DNA from: Octopus sinensis
Taxonomy: Eukaryota
Direction of reading: 5' to 3'
DNA length: 64,000 nucleotides
NCBI RefSeq assembly: GCF_006345805.1
Contig: NC_042999.1
Location: 111,600,001 to 111,664,000, forward strand
Part shown: positions 13,076 to 26,719 of the stretch, in pieces
Layout: every line of letters starts with the position of its first letter
How positions within the stretch are numbered: the stretch's first letter is position 1
Translations under genes and position numbers: made by a program
Notes under the pieces: model-generated
The model's input: only the letters and a program-made list of their open reading frames with translations
What the model was told of the DNA's origin: nothing
The model's database searches: none

Positions 13076-13678
13076 TTAATTCAAATACATACACAGATAT
13101 TACTAGACACAATACATCAGGTATCTATAACGTCTCAAAAATGTTAAATACGTCCCTAAAAATCAGATACAGAATACATCATTTGATTCAAATGCACAAA
13201 ACTACGTAAAATAGCAACAACAACAAAATTATTAGGCACAGCCACTTACTTTATCTATAAAATATCCAATATACAATGAACAGAGGCAATGCTAACTGTT
13301 TCATATTAATTATGGTTTCTAAAAGAAAATAAACATCATATTCAACAATACCTAAGTAGAAAATATGGTGCTAACGATACCTTATCATGATCGACCTCAC
13401 AGCTCGAAATAGCAGTCATATATTCATCAAACGGAAAGAAGAGATTTCATGATGTATTCGTGTGTATATAGCCTGGAAATAAATAAATGAATAAGTAAAT
13501 AAATATATGAATAAATATGTAAAGAAAGAAAGAAAGTAAGAATCAAAGAAGGAAAGAAAGAAAGAAAGAAAGATAGAAAGAAAATTCTTTTCATTATAGG
13601 CCGGCTCCACGAGAGCTCACTTTGCAATAACAATGGAATGAACACAGCTTCAACTAAATCAGTAACTGTGTGTGTGTG

Positions 13679-13715
<37 letters not shown>

Positions 13716-13742
13716 TACCCGCGCGCGTGTGTGTATGTGTGT

Positions 13743-13894
13743 GTGTACACTTACGCACGTCTCTAAGAATGGATTTCCAAGTGTACACTTACGCATGTCT
13801 CTAAGAATGGATTTCCAAGTGTACACTTGCGCATATCTCTAAGAATGGATTTCCAAGTGTACACTTACGCATACTTCTAAGAATGGAGTTCCAA
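13743..13894. repeat. 38-bp minisatellite, 4 copies
   Basis: GTGTACACTTACGCA(C/T)(G/A)TCTCTAAGAATGGATTTCCAA starting at 13743, 13781, 13819 and 13857, with no spacers. Confidence 0.95.
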
Positions 13895-14600
13895 GTTTAT
13901 ACATCAATGTAACAGCAAGTGAAAAAGTGACAAAAAAGACAAGTCATGTTATACAAACTTTGAAATAAATACATGTGTTCCATATATTCATTATTCCTAG
14001 TCAAAGCAAACTTGTTTCTGGCAAACACAAAATATTTCGAAGCATTTTTAATACTACACCCGTCGAATGACTTCATGCAAAGTAGATTTAGCGGAATTTG
14101 TTTTTAATCACCTGTCCGATATTTACTAAATACATTTGAAACTTGGAACTAGACTGTAATAGTATTGCGATGCGTGCTATGTCGATTCATCAAATATTGT
14201 AGAAATTGGCAGATAAGGTGGAGGCGTAACGGTAATAGTCCGATAGTTCTGACTTCAAAATTCTTTTCAGACTAATCGAAAATTTAATAAAATTATATAT
14301 TTCGCTTGTTTTCATACTCGGAGTATATATATCACTTGGTTCGCGTTTGTGCATAATATTACATATAGCGTTGCAGTAAATGCATATCTTGAACTTTAGA
14401 ATGGTTTTGATAGATATGGGAATGGTAAATTTAATCTTGAATATTCCATGTAAACCAGTGTGTACGCATTATTTGACTCCGGCTCTTCTAATATTATCTA
14501 TTCTTATTAGGCTACGGAAGAAAAGTCGACATGCTTAGCAAGAAACATTATTTTTTTGTGCCAGATACAAGCACTTTAAGTATCATCCTTATGGAAAATG

Positions 14601-14631
<31 letters not shown>

Positions 14632-14639
14632 CACACATC

Positions 14640-14673
<34 letters not shown>

Positions 14674-14905
14674 CTATATATATATATATCTATATATATT
14701 ATATATATTATATATATATATAGATAGATATATAGATATAGATATAGATAGATATACACACATAATGTGTGTGTATACTTGTACATATATATATAAATAT
14801 AAAGTGTGTGTGCATACTTGTATATAATATATATATGTGTGTGTATGTATAAATATATATATATATGCATATGAATATATATATGTATATATATATATAT
14901 ATATA

Positions 14906-14947
<42 letters not shown>

Positions 14948-15378
14948 ATATTATATATATATAATATATACATATACATATATATATATCAGTGTACGTA
15001 TAACACGATTTAATAGTTCCAGCTGTTTTTGCATGTACACACACATGCATACACATATATATGTATATCATCTCCAAACCTTCTAATATAAGTATATATA
15101 AATACGCACACACCTATACACGCATATACACGCGTATGTATGCATATATGAACTGAACTATTTTAAATAAGAATGAGAGACAAATTTACGTTGAAATATG
15201 TTTACCCCACCATACACACTCACATATACACACTAACACACACCATGACCTGCACATACAATTACACACCCTCTCATCACATTCATATCACAAATCCTTA
15301 GACATACCTACAAGAAAAGAAGAACATAAATACTTACAACAGTAAGAACTTCAAGAAGAATATTAAATAATATTTTTT

Positions 15379-15380
15379 TA

Positions 15381-15415
<35 letters not shown>

Positions 15416-15453
15416 TAATAATAATGATAATAATAATAATAATGATAATAATG

Positions 15454-15493
<40 letters not shown>

Positions 15494-15507
15494 TGATAAT
15501 AATAATG

Positions 15508-15550
<43 letters not shown>

Positions 15551-15567
15551 TAATAATAATAATAATG

Positions 15568-15639
<72 letters not shown>

Positions 15640-15700
15640 TGGGCCTTCGTATATTTCTACCCCAGCGTCACTTTGATGGTGTGTGCTGCTCTCCACTCAA

Positions 15701-15738
<38 letters not shown>

Positions 15739-15867
15739 TAACTACTACTTCTAATAATAATAATAATATATAATAATAATAATAACAATAGTAATAATAA
15801 TAATAATAATATAATAATATAATAATAATAATAATTAATAATATAATAATAATAATAATGAATAATG

Positions 15868-15910
<43 letters not shown>

Positions 15911-15935
15911 TAATAATGATAATAATAATGACAAT
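15379..15935. repeat. (AAT)n/(ACT)n compound microsatellite
   Basis: Direct inspection. Confidence 0.95.
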
Positions 15936-16339
15936 ACCAATGACAATCGAGTGAGAAACTGTTGTCACCTATTTTGATTCCATATCTCCGTTTGTGCTGA
16001 ATCAGGAAACGAGTACGATGTACAAAAGAATTACTGATAATCACTTGAAAAGAATTCGAAAATCTCATGGATTCCTTCAAGACATAAAAGAAGCTTTCCC
16101 TTTTTACATGTTGTCAAAGTCGGTTAGGGGGCTGTTTGTAGTGGGAGGGTGGTGTGAAATGTTTCGTTGGATTGCCTTGTTTTTATTTCGTTTTGTTCTT
16201 TGCTGGGGGTTTTTTTGTGCATTATTATTCTCTATATTTTTTGTTGTTGTTGCGGGACTGGATTACAATAACAATATTGTCAGCATATTCATCAACATCA
16301 CTATCATAAGCATAGCCACAATGATGATGATCATCGTCA

Positions 16340-16422
16340 TCCTCAATCGTTATTATTATTATTATTATTATCATTTTTAGCATCATTATTATTATTATAA
16401 CGAATAAAGAAATAAAGTAACG

Positions 16423-16517
<95 letters not shown>

Positions 16518-16675
16518 GAAAAAATAATACAAAATACATTACTATTGTGTTCAAACTTATTGTTGATTTTTGTAGTTGTTGCTGTCATCATCAACATTTT
16601 ATCATTATAGTCATCATCATTATCATATTTATTATCTTGATTATTATTACTATTATTATTTCCATTATTTTTGTG

Positions 16676-16733
<58 letters not shown>

Positions 16734-16868
16734 TTATCATTCTTCTTCTTCCTATTATTATTATTATTAATATTTTCATTATTATTATTATTTTCATTAT
16801 TATTATTATTTTCATTATTATTATTATTTTCATTATTATTAATATTTTCATTATTATTATTATTATTT

Positions 16869-16905
<37 letters not shown>

Positions 16906-17116
16906 CATCATCATCATCATTATCATCATTATTTGAACTACAATCATGGCGATTGTAAAGAGTAGTTACAGAAATCACATTTATAAAGTAATAGGAAAAA
17001 AATATCCATTGTATCCTTGCTATTGCTCTCTATTTACCTCTACTCACGCTATTATAGCCATAACTGCTATTTGTAATACAAATGCCACAAATAATAATGG
17101 TAATAAGAATGGAAAC

Positions 17117-17171
<55 letters not shown>

Positions 17172-17185
17172 TAATGATAACAACA
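16340..17185. repeat. (TTA)n/(TCA)n and (AAT)n microsatellites
   Basis: Direct inspection. Confidence 0.9.
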
Positions 17186-17725
17186 ACAACATCAATCACA
17201 GCAACAATGTAAATTCCGTCTGTCGAGATATTTATTATTTGTTCATGTCTACACTTCATAGAAACCTGCAATCTATAAAATTAACAATGGTAGATAATCT
17301 TCCAGGAATGTATATCTATCTATTGGTATTTCAATGTTGTCATTTGCTATTGTTACAATTGAAATTTGTTTGTAGCTAGTTCTATGCCCTCTTATTCCAT
17401 CAATCTAGTTTTTGCTTCCTCTTGTTCATTGATCACCTGTATACATATATATATATATATGAATGTATGCATGTATGCATATATATCTGTGTATATGTAT
17501 ATATATATGAATATATATTTGTGCTTATATATATATATATATATATATATAGGAAGATGTACATTAATGCATGCTACATATATGTACACAGGTATATATA
17601 TATATATATATATATATTTAAAATTAAATTTTCTCGTTTTTTTTCGTTTATACATACATACGCACACACACGCATATATATAGAGGAATGACCACTTTAG
17701 TGGTCATTCCTCTAAATTTTGTATC

Positions 17726-17763
<38 letters not shown>

Positions 17764-18145
17764 ATATACATACATACATACATACACACACGCACACACA
17801 CAGACCATATCTCTCGCTTAGGCTTTCCGAGACTAATAACCTGAGGTAGAACCCGATATATGTATGTTTTAGTAGGAAATGTTAGCCGAGTATAGAGCAG
17901 CAATAAGAGAGAGGACAAAGGAATAAATGATTATTTTATGAACATCATTAGCTTAAAGATGTCTTTGTTATAGGATTCAGAGGATTCATAGTTGTGTGAT
18001 CCAGGAACTGAACTACATGTCCACTGCATCATGTAGCAGAAACAGCTGTTAGCTAATGCAGTTCATAATGTAATCATTTATTCCTGTGTCATCTCTTTTT
18101 CTTATTATATATATATAAAGCTGTATATGTATGTATAGATATATA

Positions 18146-18181
<36 letters not shown>

Positions 18182-18442
18182 ATGTGTGTGCGTATGTATA
18201 TTCAATTTAAATAAACGAAATAAAGCGGGAAAATAATAACGAACGTGAGAGCGTGCACGAGAAATGTATTAGTTTGACGCTCGATTAAAGAAGAGAGTGC
18301 GTCGTTTCGAGTATGGCTCATGTAGGTGAGAGTGTGTATGTGCGCGTGCGTGCATGTGTCCGTGCGTGTGTGTGCGTATATGTGTGCGTACCTGTGCGAG
18401 TGTGTAAGTATGTGTGTTTTGTGTGTGTGTGTGTGTGTGTGT

Positions 18443-18487
18443 GACACTTGCGCAGGTTGCCGCGTAGTAGGACTGAACCCGGAACCA
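18443..18487 (-). mobile_element. SINE family A head fragment
   Basis: GACACTTG..GGACTGAACCCGGAACCAT matches the other copies. Confidence 0.6.
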
Positions 18488-18771
18488 TATATATATATAT
18501 ATCTAGCAATCTGCATACACTTCCCACACACACATACATTCATACATACGTACGTACGTGTGTGTGTATACATACATATTCATACGCACACATATACATA
18601 TACATATATATAATATGTATGTATGTATGTATGTATATATGTATGTATGCATACATGCAAGATTTATATGTGTGCTTGCGTTTGTTTAATGGTCCTGTAA
18701 TGTTTCGGGGAGAACGTCCTTTTTACGAAATTGCACAATGCGTCACTGTTTGCAGACCATAACTAGTACAG

Positions 18772-18840
18772 TGTGACCAGAGACATTGCTTGAATTAGCC
18801 TGTCTTTCACCGGCTAATTCATGCAATGCGTCTCGTCATA
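18772..18840. ncRNA. Candidate pre-miRNA-like hairpin (unverified)
   Basis: CATTGCTTGAATTAGCC (18784-18800) pairs 16/17 with GGCTAATTCATGCAATG (18812-18828). The stem extends by GAGA/TCTC and GTGAC/GTCAT across two 2-nt bulges. Confidence 0.3.
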
Positions 18841-19228
18841 ACACCCTGGAATCCTGTCCTGTAAAAAAATTGATTTACGTACATAACATAAAGAAATGCT
18901 TAACTGAATATGTATTATTTAAGATCAGATATCAGTAGTGCGCAATTGATTGCCACATGCCTGCATCCCAAGGGAGTAATTTTACAAAAGTGTTTTAAAG
19001 TAATGAGAAACGAAATAACGCTCATCTATATGAAAATTGTTCAACAAAATTCGAAGGACCGCAGAAAATCGTAGATAAATTATTTGCCAGAAATCCTTAT
19101 TTGTGTCTCCCCATATTTCTGCCTATCATTCTGTCTATCTGCCATCTGTCCATCTCACTAAACAAATATATGTGCGCGTATGCGTGTGTGTCTGTGCTGG
19201 TGTGTGTGTATATATAGATATACATATG

Positions 19229-19299
<71 letters not shown>

Positions 19300-19403
19300 A
19301 TATATATATAGATATATATATATATATAATATATATATGTGTAGGTATGTACGTATGTGTGTGTATGTATGTATGTAAATATATATGTATAAATATATAT
19401 ATA

Positions 19404-20272
19404 CGTGGTCTGATCAATAAGCATCCGGACTGTTGCATAAGTAACGAAACCAAAACACGCAAATTGAAGCCGCTTGGCACAGATTAACCTTGAACTCTGC
19501 TGTGCATGCGCATTAAGTTTTAACGTTCTAGCTCACTTTCACTGTTTACAGCAGTGCTTCGAATGAAAGTGTGTCGCGTTTGACCGTCGCATTGAGAAAA
19601 ATTTGAGCAGAGAATCTGCATCAAATTTTGCCAAAAGCTTTTTGATATCTGCTCAAAGGCCTATGCAAAGTTTTCAAAAATTTTTTCAGCGTTCTTGATA
19701 CAATCAAGATGTTGTGTAACTGAAACCCGAGTGTTCTTTTGATCAGCTGAAAGCAGTATTGGCACAAACTTGGCAGACATGCGTCTCATACTCAAATCTT
19801 CAGTGATAATGGACTGAACTGAACCGCAACTAATCCGCACATCATCTGATAACTCACGGATAGTGATTCGACAATTTCTTCTCACAGGTGCACACACATC
19901 TGCGACGTTTTTCTCAGTTCTGCTAGTTGCGGGTCTCTCAGAATGTTCGTCAATATCGACATTTTTCAGCCATCTTGGAAACATATGAACCACTCGTACA
20001 CTTGTGTGCAACTCATACACTCCTCTCCAGATACTTTTGGCAACTTTGAGCAGGCCTCTGAGCAGGTATCGCCATGACAACCTTCTCAGTCATGGGTCAA
20101 TGCACACCTTCCTTCCAAGCACTACTGTAAACAGCGGAAGTAAGCTAGAACGTTAAAACCTAGCGCGCATGCACAACGGAGTTTAAGGTCAGTTCTTGCT
20201 AAGCAGCTTCCCTCTGCGTACTTTAGCTTTGTTACTATGGCAACAATCCGAATATTGTTTGATCAGACCTCG
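19404..20272. mobile_element. Mariner element made of two inverted 5' halves, flanked by TA
   Basis: TA|CGTGGTCTGATCAA at the left end and TA|CGAGGTCTGATCAA on the minus strand at the right end. The plus half encodes FEQRICIKFCQKL. The minus half encodes GDTCSEA..EECMSCTQVYEWF and DEHSERPATSRTEKNV..ITIRELSDDVRISCGSVQSIITEDL. Confidence 0.9.
19661..20080 (-). pseudogene. Mariner transposase N-terminal (HTH) fragment
   Basis: ORF-track peptide with ERPATSRT..TIRELS..ISCGSVQSIITEDLSMRRMSAKFVPILL. It ends before the first catalytic D. Confidence 0.85.
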
Positions 20273-20274
20273 TA

Positions 20275-20314
<40 letters not shown>

Positions 20315-20693
20315 TATATACATATTATCGTACATAAATAAATACATATATATGCTAATAACTATATATTGTTAATACCGTCATATTTTTTGCTAACTTA
20401 AGTTTAACAAACATAAACTACCCAACATCCCACTATCGAATGTGAAGAGTAGAAACTAAAGCCATGCTGTAATACTACACAGGAAGTTTATGTATAATTT
20501 TCATGCACTATCAATAAGTATATAGGCACAGAGAGAGAAGCATACTTCATCCTCACTCACCTTCTATCTTGTGAACAATAGAAAGTGTTACAGCTTGTTT
20601 CCGAATATATATATACATGTAGAGAGAGATATAAACACACACACACATATATTATACCAAGATAGTTACGTTTCGGGGATATAAACACATCAA

Positions 20694-20903
20694 CATCGGT
20701 TCTCAAGCGATGGTGGGGGACGAACACAAAGACACATATATGTATATACGATGGGCTTCTTTCAGATTCCTTCTACCAAATCCACTCACAAGGCTTTGGT
20801 CGGCTAAAGTAGAAGACACTATCCCAACCTACCACGCAGTGGGGCTGAACCCGGAAATAGGTTGTTGGGAAGTAAGCTTCCTACCACACAGCCACGCCTG
20901 CAC
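20694..20903 (-). mobile_element. SINE family A, 3'-truncated
   Basis: Head and central domain match the other copies. Confidence 0.85.
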
Positions 20904-20948
<45 letters not shown>

Positions 20949-21019
20949 CGTGTGCGTGTGCATGTGTGTGTGCGTGTGTGTGTGCGTGTGTGTGTGCGTG
21001 TGCGAGTGCATGTTTGTGT

Positions 21020-21131
21020 GAGTGGCTTGCTAACCAACTAAATGGTTCTGAGTTTAGTCCCCCTGCTTAACACCTTCAGCCGATCAAAGCGTTGTGAATG
21101 AATTTGGTAGACGGAAAGTGAAAGAAGCTCA

Positions 21132-21135
<4 letters not shown>
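21020..21135 (+). mobile_element. SINE family A, internally deleted head
   Basis: GCTTGCTAACCAAC..ATGGTTC..TTTGGTAGACGGAAAGTGAAAGAAGC. Confidence 0.7.
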
Positions 21136-21395
<260 letters not shown>

Positions 21396-21987
21396 GATAT
21401 AAATGTAGGTATTTATATCGAAAAACAAACACAGGACCGCACGCATGCGCATAACTATATACATATATGCATATTCATATATTCATACACTAATACAATA
21501 CAGGCATACGTACATACATACATACATATTTACAAACAAAAAATTCATCTCAAAACTTTTCAGAGAAACGAATGTATCTCTAAATTTAAAATAAAAGCTC
21601 AAAAAGAAAATATATATGTAATACCATTTGTAAGACTTATATATACACTATCACCAAACTCTATTTTCGATATTGAAAATGAGGGATGCTATATAGATTT
21701 GTGTTTTATCTTACTTTCTGCAGTAGGTTACGTATGCTAACGGGGTGTAGTAAGTAGGTAGGTAGGTAGGTAGGTAGGTAGGTAGGTAGGTAGGTAGAAG
21801 AAATCATACCACACGTATTACAATTAGTGTATTTAGATTCACTACATCTACTCATGGAGCAGAGTTTGTTTAATTAAATAATTCTTTACCCGAGGCAGGT
21901 CTTACAACAGATGTCTTTACAGATTAAATACAAAACAGTTTTGGAATATTTGGAATATAGAATATGTTTTGCCTCATACAGATTCAG

Positions 21988-22025
<38 letters not shown>

Positions 22026-22462
22026 CGACGACGATGATGACTATGATGATGGTGATGAGGATGTTGTTGATGATGATGATGATGATGATGATTATGATGA
22101 TGAAGACGATGATGATGATGATGATGATGACAATGACGACGCCGATATAGGTGGTGATGATAGTGGTGGTGGTAGTGGAGGAGGAGGAGGAGGAGGAGGA
22201 GGAGGAAGTGGTGGTGATGGTGGTGATGGTAGTGGTTGTGATGGTGGTGGTGGTGGTGGTGGTGGTGGTAGTTATATTGTTGATGACGGTGGTGGTGGTA
22301 ATGATTAGCAGAAGAAGGAGGAGGTGGAGGAGGAGGAGAAGAAGAGGAAGAAGAAGAAGAGGAAGAAGAAGAAGGAGAAGAAGAAGAAGAAGAAGAAGAA
22401 AAAGAAGAAGAAGAAGAAGAAGAAGAAGAAGAAGAAGAAGAAGAAAAGAAGAAGAAGAAGAG
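21988..22462. repeat. Compound trinucleotide tract (GAT/GGT/GAG/AAG)
   Basis: Direct inspection. Confidence 0.95.
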
Positions 22463-22690
22463 TCATGAATGACAGGAACGTCGAAGGCCACAGAGCAAGA
22501 GGAAGTAAGTGTGGGGGAAAACAGAGTAAACTGATAATAGATATTCCATTAATATAATTACAATTAAAAATGTATCTGATGTAAACAATTTCGAAAAGTT
22601 TAATTAACATTTTTCATTTCCAAAATTTATTTTATTTCATTCCCATCTTTATTATTTTTGTTATTATCATCATCATCCTCATCATCATCA

Positions 22691-22787
<97 letters not shown>

Positions 22788-24377
22788 CTCTCCCCTTTTC
22801 ATGTGTGTAATATTCATCTTATTTTTATGTATTCATTTTGTTTATGTAATCCCTTGTTTATTTCTAATATTTACTGATTGACTGACTGATCACAAGTCTA
22901 TTAATCTTCTAAGCTCTCCACATTTGGACACCTGTTTTGCTAATGTAACGACATGCTGAGGAATCTTCACAATTATATTTTCATTCACTCCTTACTGGCG
23001 TGTTGCTGTTGTTGTTGTTGCTGTTTTCGTTGTTGCCAGCAATTTATTATATTTTTCCATATTTTTCTTATTGTTTTCGTTTCTTTCTTTTTTCCCCCTC
23101 TGATCTGTTACGTTCTAATTTTTTTTTATTTCTTTTTGGCTGATGTTTTCTTTTTCTTTTCTTTTTTTTTTTTCAGCTAAATAATTTTCTTGAACTTCCA
23201 GTTGATGAGAAAATTGTCTTTGAGATGAAATGTGATAGAAAGCAATAAAATATAGAAGAAAAATAACATCTAAGCATGATCGTGTTTTATATGAATAGGC
23301 TGCCGTATTTCTTTACTAGAAACATAACTAAAAACAGCCAAAGGTAAATAAGTAAACATATTTTCAATTTCTCGACAAAATGATTCATAATAATTATAGC
23401 GTTAGGTGAGTTTAGGGTGCGGAAATTCAGATTGATCTGCGAATCAGAAGTTCAAATTATGATATAGTCAACTCTCTACCCTAAATCAGAACTGCCCTGT
23501 CAACATTCATTTTTCGTAGGACTAACTAGGACTGAATTAAATATATTGTTTTTCGTCTAAAACAGGATTATGCAATTCTAGGTATATTTACTCGCTATTT
23601 TAACAATATGCGTATGTAGTTAGGAACCCTAATAACCCTGACTCAATACACTCTTGGTCAAAGATATCCCAGATGTGATTTTTCTGCTTTTTAAAGGTAA
23701 CTAGGATTGTAGCGAATGTCCACTCCATTTTTAAACAGTAGTTTGTGATTTCAAGGAGATTTGGTTACTGCTTCCAATTTAAAGTTTTAAAATACGAGTT
23801 GGAAATCCGGAAATTCAAAACATTTGTTATATCGCAATAATACACAGTGGCTGTGTGAGCGTCTCATCCTCGTCACTACTGTTATGTCGCACGTTTGGAT
23901 GCCTTCTACTCAACTCTGCTCTTCTCTCTCTGCTACTCTACTGTTTTCTGACGTCTAGACTTCTCCCTTTATATCTACGTATTGTGCTAGCCTACTTCAT
24001 CGTCTGGGGGCGTCCACACAACAATATTCCTATTTCAAATCAAAATATCCTTGCTTTAGGCAGCGTTATTGTTTTAGCTCTTGTTTAAAGCCGCGTAAAT
24101 CCTCATACAGCAGATTTATGATCAAAATAATTCCAATCGTGACCATACTTGACCTTTAGGAATAACATCATTACCTAATTTGTCCTTTCAGCAGGATGTG
24201 ATCTTAGTGTTGTTTGGTTGACATGTATAGCAACCCGAAGTTAGTGCAAAAATATATAATTGATAAGGGTATAAAAATTAGGGAGCAATATCTGTTTTCA
24301 GTCAAGTCGACAGAGTTGTGGAAACCAACTAAAGGTCAGAGATTACTATGTTTACAACATCATTACTCTTTTAGTCT

Positions 24378-24760
24378 TTTACTTGTTTCAGTCATTTGAC
24401 TGCGGCCATGCTGGAGCACCGCCTTTAGTCGAGCAAATCGACCCCGGGACTTATTCTTTGTAAGCCCAGTACTTATTCTATCGTTCTCTTTTGCCGAACC
24501 GCTAAGTGACGGGGACGTAAACACACCAGCATTTGTTGTCAAGCAATGCTAAGGGGACAAACACAGACACACAAACACACACACATACATATATATATAC
24601 ATATATACGACAGGCTTCTTTCAGTTTCCGTCTACCAAATCCACTCACAAGGCATTGGTCGGCCCGGGGCTATAGCAGAAGACACTTGCCCAAGATGCCA
24701 CGCCGTGGGACTGAACCCGGAACCATGTGGCTGGTTAGCAAGATATTTACCACACAGCTG
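24378..24760 (-). mobile_element. SINE family A, near full length
   Basis: Near-identical to 10131-10603. Confidence 0.9.
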
Positions 24761-25942
24761 TATAGTTTTTGTTGTCAAATCACCTAACTTTCAGATAATT
24801 CTATGCATAAAGCTTTTAATATGTATGATAAAGTATGGAGAATTTAACACAGATCACTGTAAATTAACTGATGTTTAATTTTTGATGTTTTTATTGTTGC
24901 CGCTTACCTTTCATTCAGCCATGATGCGGTAGATGATTAATAGAAGAACTGTAACGAATACTCTACCGAATTTTATTCAGAAATTGTTCCCCAGATGTCT
25001 AAATCATCTGTGTTCTTTTTGAAAGACAGTACCATTTGAGGGAAATTCTGATGCTAGTTTTTGACGGTCAAGCAACAACATAGAGCCTCTATAGGCTTAT
25101 ATTTCACTATATTACAGAGCTGAATTAAACTGACACAATACGGAATGCAAAAAGCTGCAATTAATACATTCACTCGGTTATGTCCACAACAGGTTTTTAA
25201 ACTCCGAAACAGATCACAGCAATCTAACGGAAGACATATAGGATAGTGGCTAGGCAACTAGGCTTCTTGGATTGAGAAGAGCGTTATTCCCTTTGACAAG
25301 GCACTTCATGTTGCTGTTGGCTCTCCAAATTGACAGATTACCTGATTCGCGTCAAGTGATACGCTTCCAAACCTCATAAGGCACGAGAAGCAATGCGTTC
25401 AACTGAGGGTTGTCATAGCCTATCGTTAATGTTTACATTTTAGATTTTCAGCAATCTTATTTATTTGCAATTTATTGCTCCTGCTGCTTATAGTGATGAA
25501 TTACAGACCAGCGTTATTCAGAGTTATATTATATTGATCTAGGTTATTTACAAGTTACCTGTCTTGATCATAAGTTCAAACTCAGGTAGGTAATATGGAT
25601 AATGACACTTCAGTTTTCTCTGTTCCTTATAAGCTTAGAAATTAGGCGAAAGATTACCAATGATATCTACTGTCATACGTAGATGGAGTATGCAATGATG
25701 CAGATAGTACCCAGCTTGAAAATCTGAAGACAAAAATGCATAGAAAGATTTAAGACCTAAAATAAAATAAAATAAAATAATACAAATAACAACAGAAATG
25801 AGACTATTTGTCGTGACTAGTCATCTTTCACAGCACTTGTAAATATAATTAAATAAGGCCTTTTTAAGGCCGAAACACATCACCGCACTGTCAAACAAAT
25901 ATACATTCCCCCACGTTATTGCTCATATTAGAGTTGATTTCC

Positions 25943-26566
25943 TATTTTGGCAAAAGGCTAGTAATTTCAAAGGAAGGAGAAGTCGATTACATCGATCCTA
26001 GTAATCAGCTAGTTCCTATTTCATCGACTCCGAAGGTATTAAAGACAACATCGATATCGGCGGAATTCGAACTTAGAAGGTTAAGACGACGAAGTGCCGC
26101 TAAGAATTTTGTCCGACGGGCTAACGGTTCTGCCAGCTCACCGCTGTAATTCCTACATTAATATTCTTTTCTACTCAAGGCACAAGGCCCGAAAGTTTTT
26201 TGAGGGGCGGGGGGGGGTTCAGTCGATTAGATCGATCTCAGTACGCAAGTAGTACTTAATTTATCGACCCCGAAAGGATGAAAGACAAAGTCAACTTCAG
26301 CGGAGTTTGAACTCAGAACCTAAAGACAGACGAAACACCTTTTTTTTCTACCCACAAGGGGCTAAACACAGAAGAGACAAACAAGGACAGACACACGGAT
26401 CAAGTCGATTAAGTCGAGTACCAGTGCGTAACAGGTACTTATTTAATCGACCCCGAAAGATGAAAGGCAATGTCGACCTCGGCGGAATTTGAACTCAGAT
26501 CGTAACGGCAGACGAAATACCACTAAACATTTCGCTCGGCGTGCTAACGTTTCTGCCAGCTGGCCA
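25943..26566 (-). mobile_element. Three tandem SINE family B copies (~25943-26144, ~26165-26340, ~26345-26566)
   Basis: Each has GAGTTCAAAT/GTTCGAAT (B-box-like) and TTTCATCCTTTCGGGGTCGA-type blocks on the minus strand. The latter resembles the Deu/Nin central domain (recall). Confidence 0.85.
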
Positions 26567-26719
26567 CATTTCCTACAATAGTATTAATTAACATTAAACT
26601 TTGTTGGTTCTCTTAAAATTAATTTCATCATTAAGTCAATTTGTTTTTACTCGCCGTGAGCGTAGTATTGCTTTAAGATGTCGTCGTCGACAACACCATG
26701 GACTCTCAAATTGGATTGC

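Noticed and set aside
13743-13894. CRISPR array
   Set aside because: Units are contiguous with no unique spacers, there are no cas genes, and the context is eukaryotic.
21886-22557. Poly-D/G/K/E ORFs as a low-complexity protein
   Set aside because: Pure compound trinucleotide microsatellite, open in several frames on both strands, with no unique coding flanks.
23177-23248. Strong polypyrimidine-CAG followed by LNNFLELPVDEKIVFEMKCDRKQ* as a terminal exon
   Set aside because: Only 23 codons, unrecognised, and T-rich tracts ending in CAG are common here by chance.
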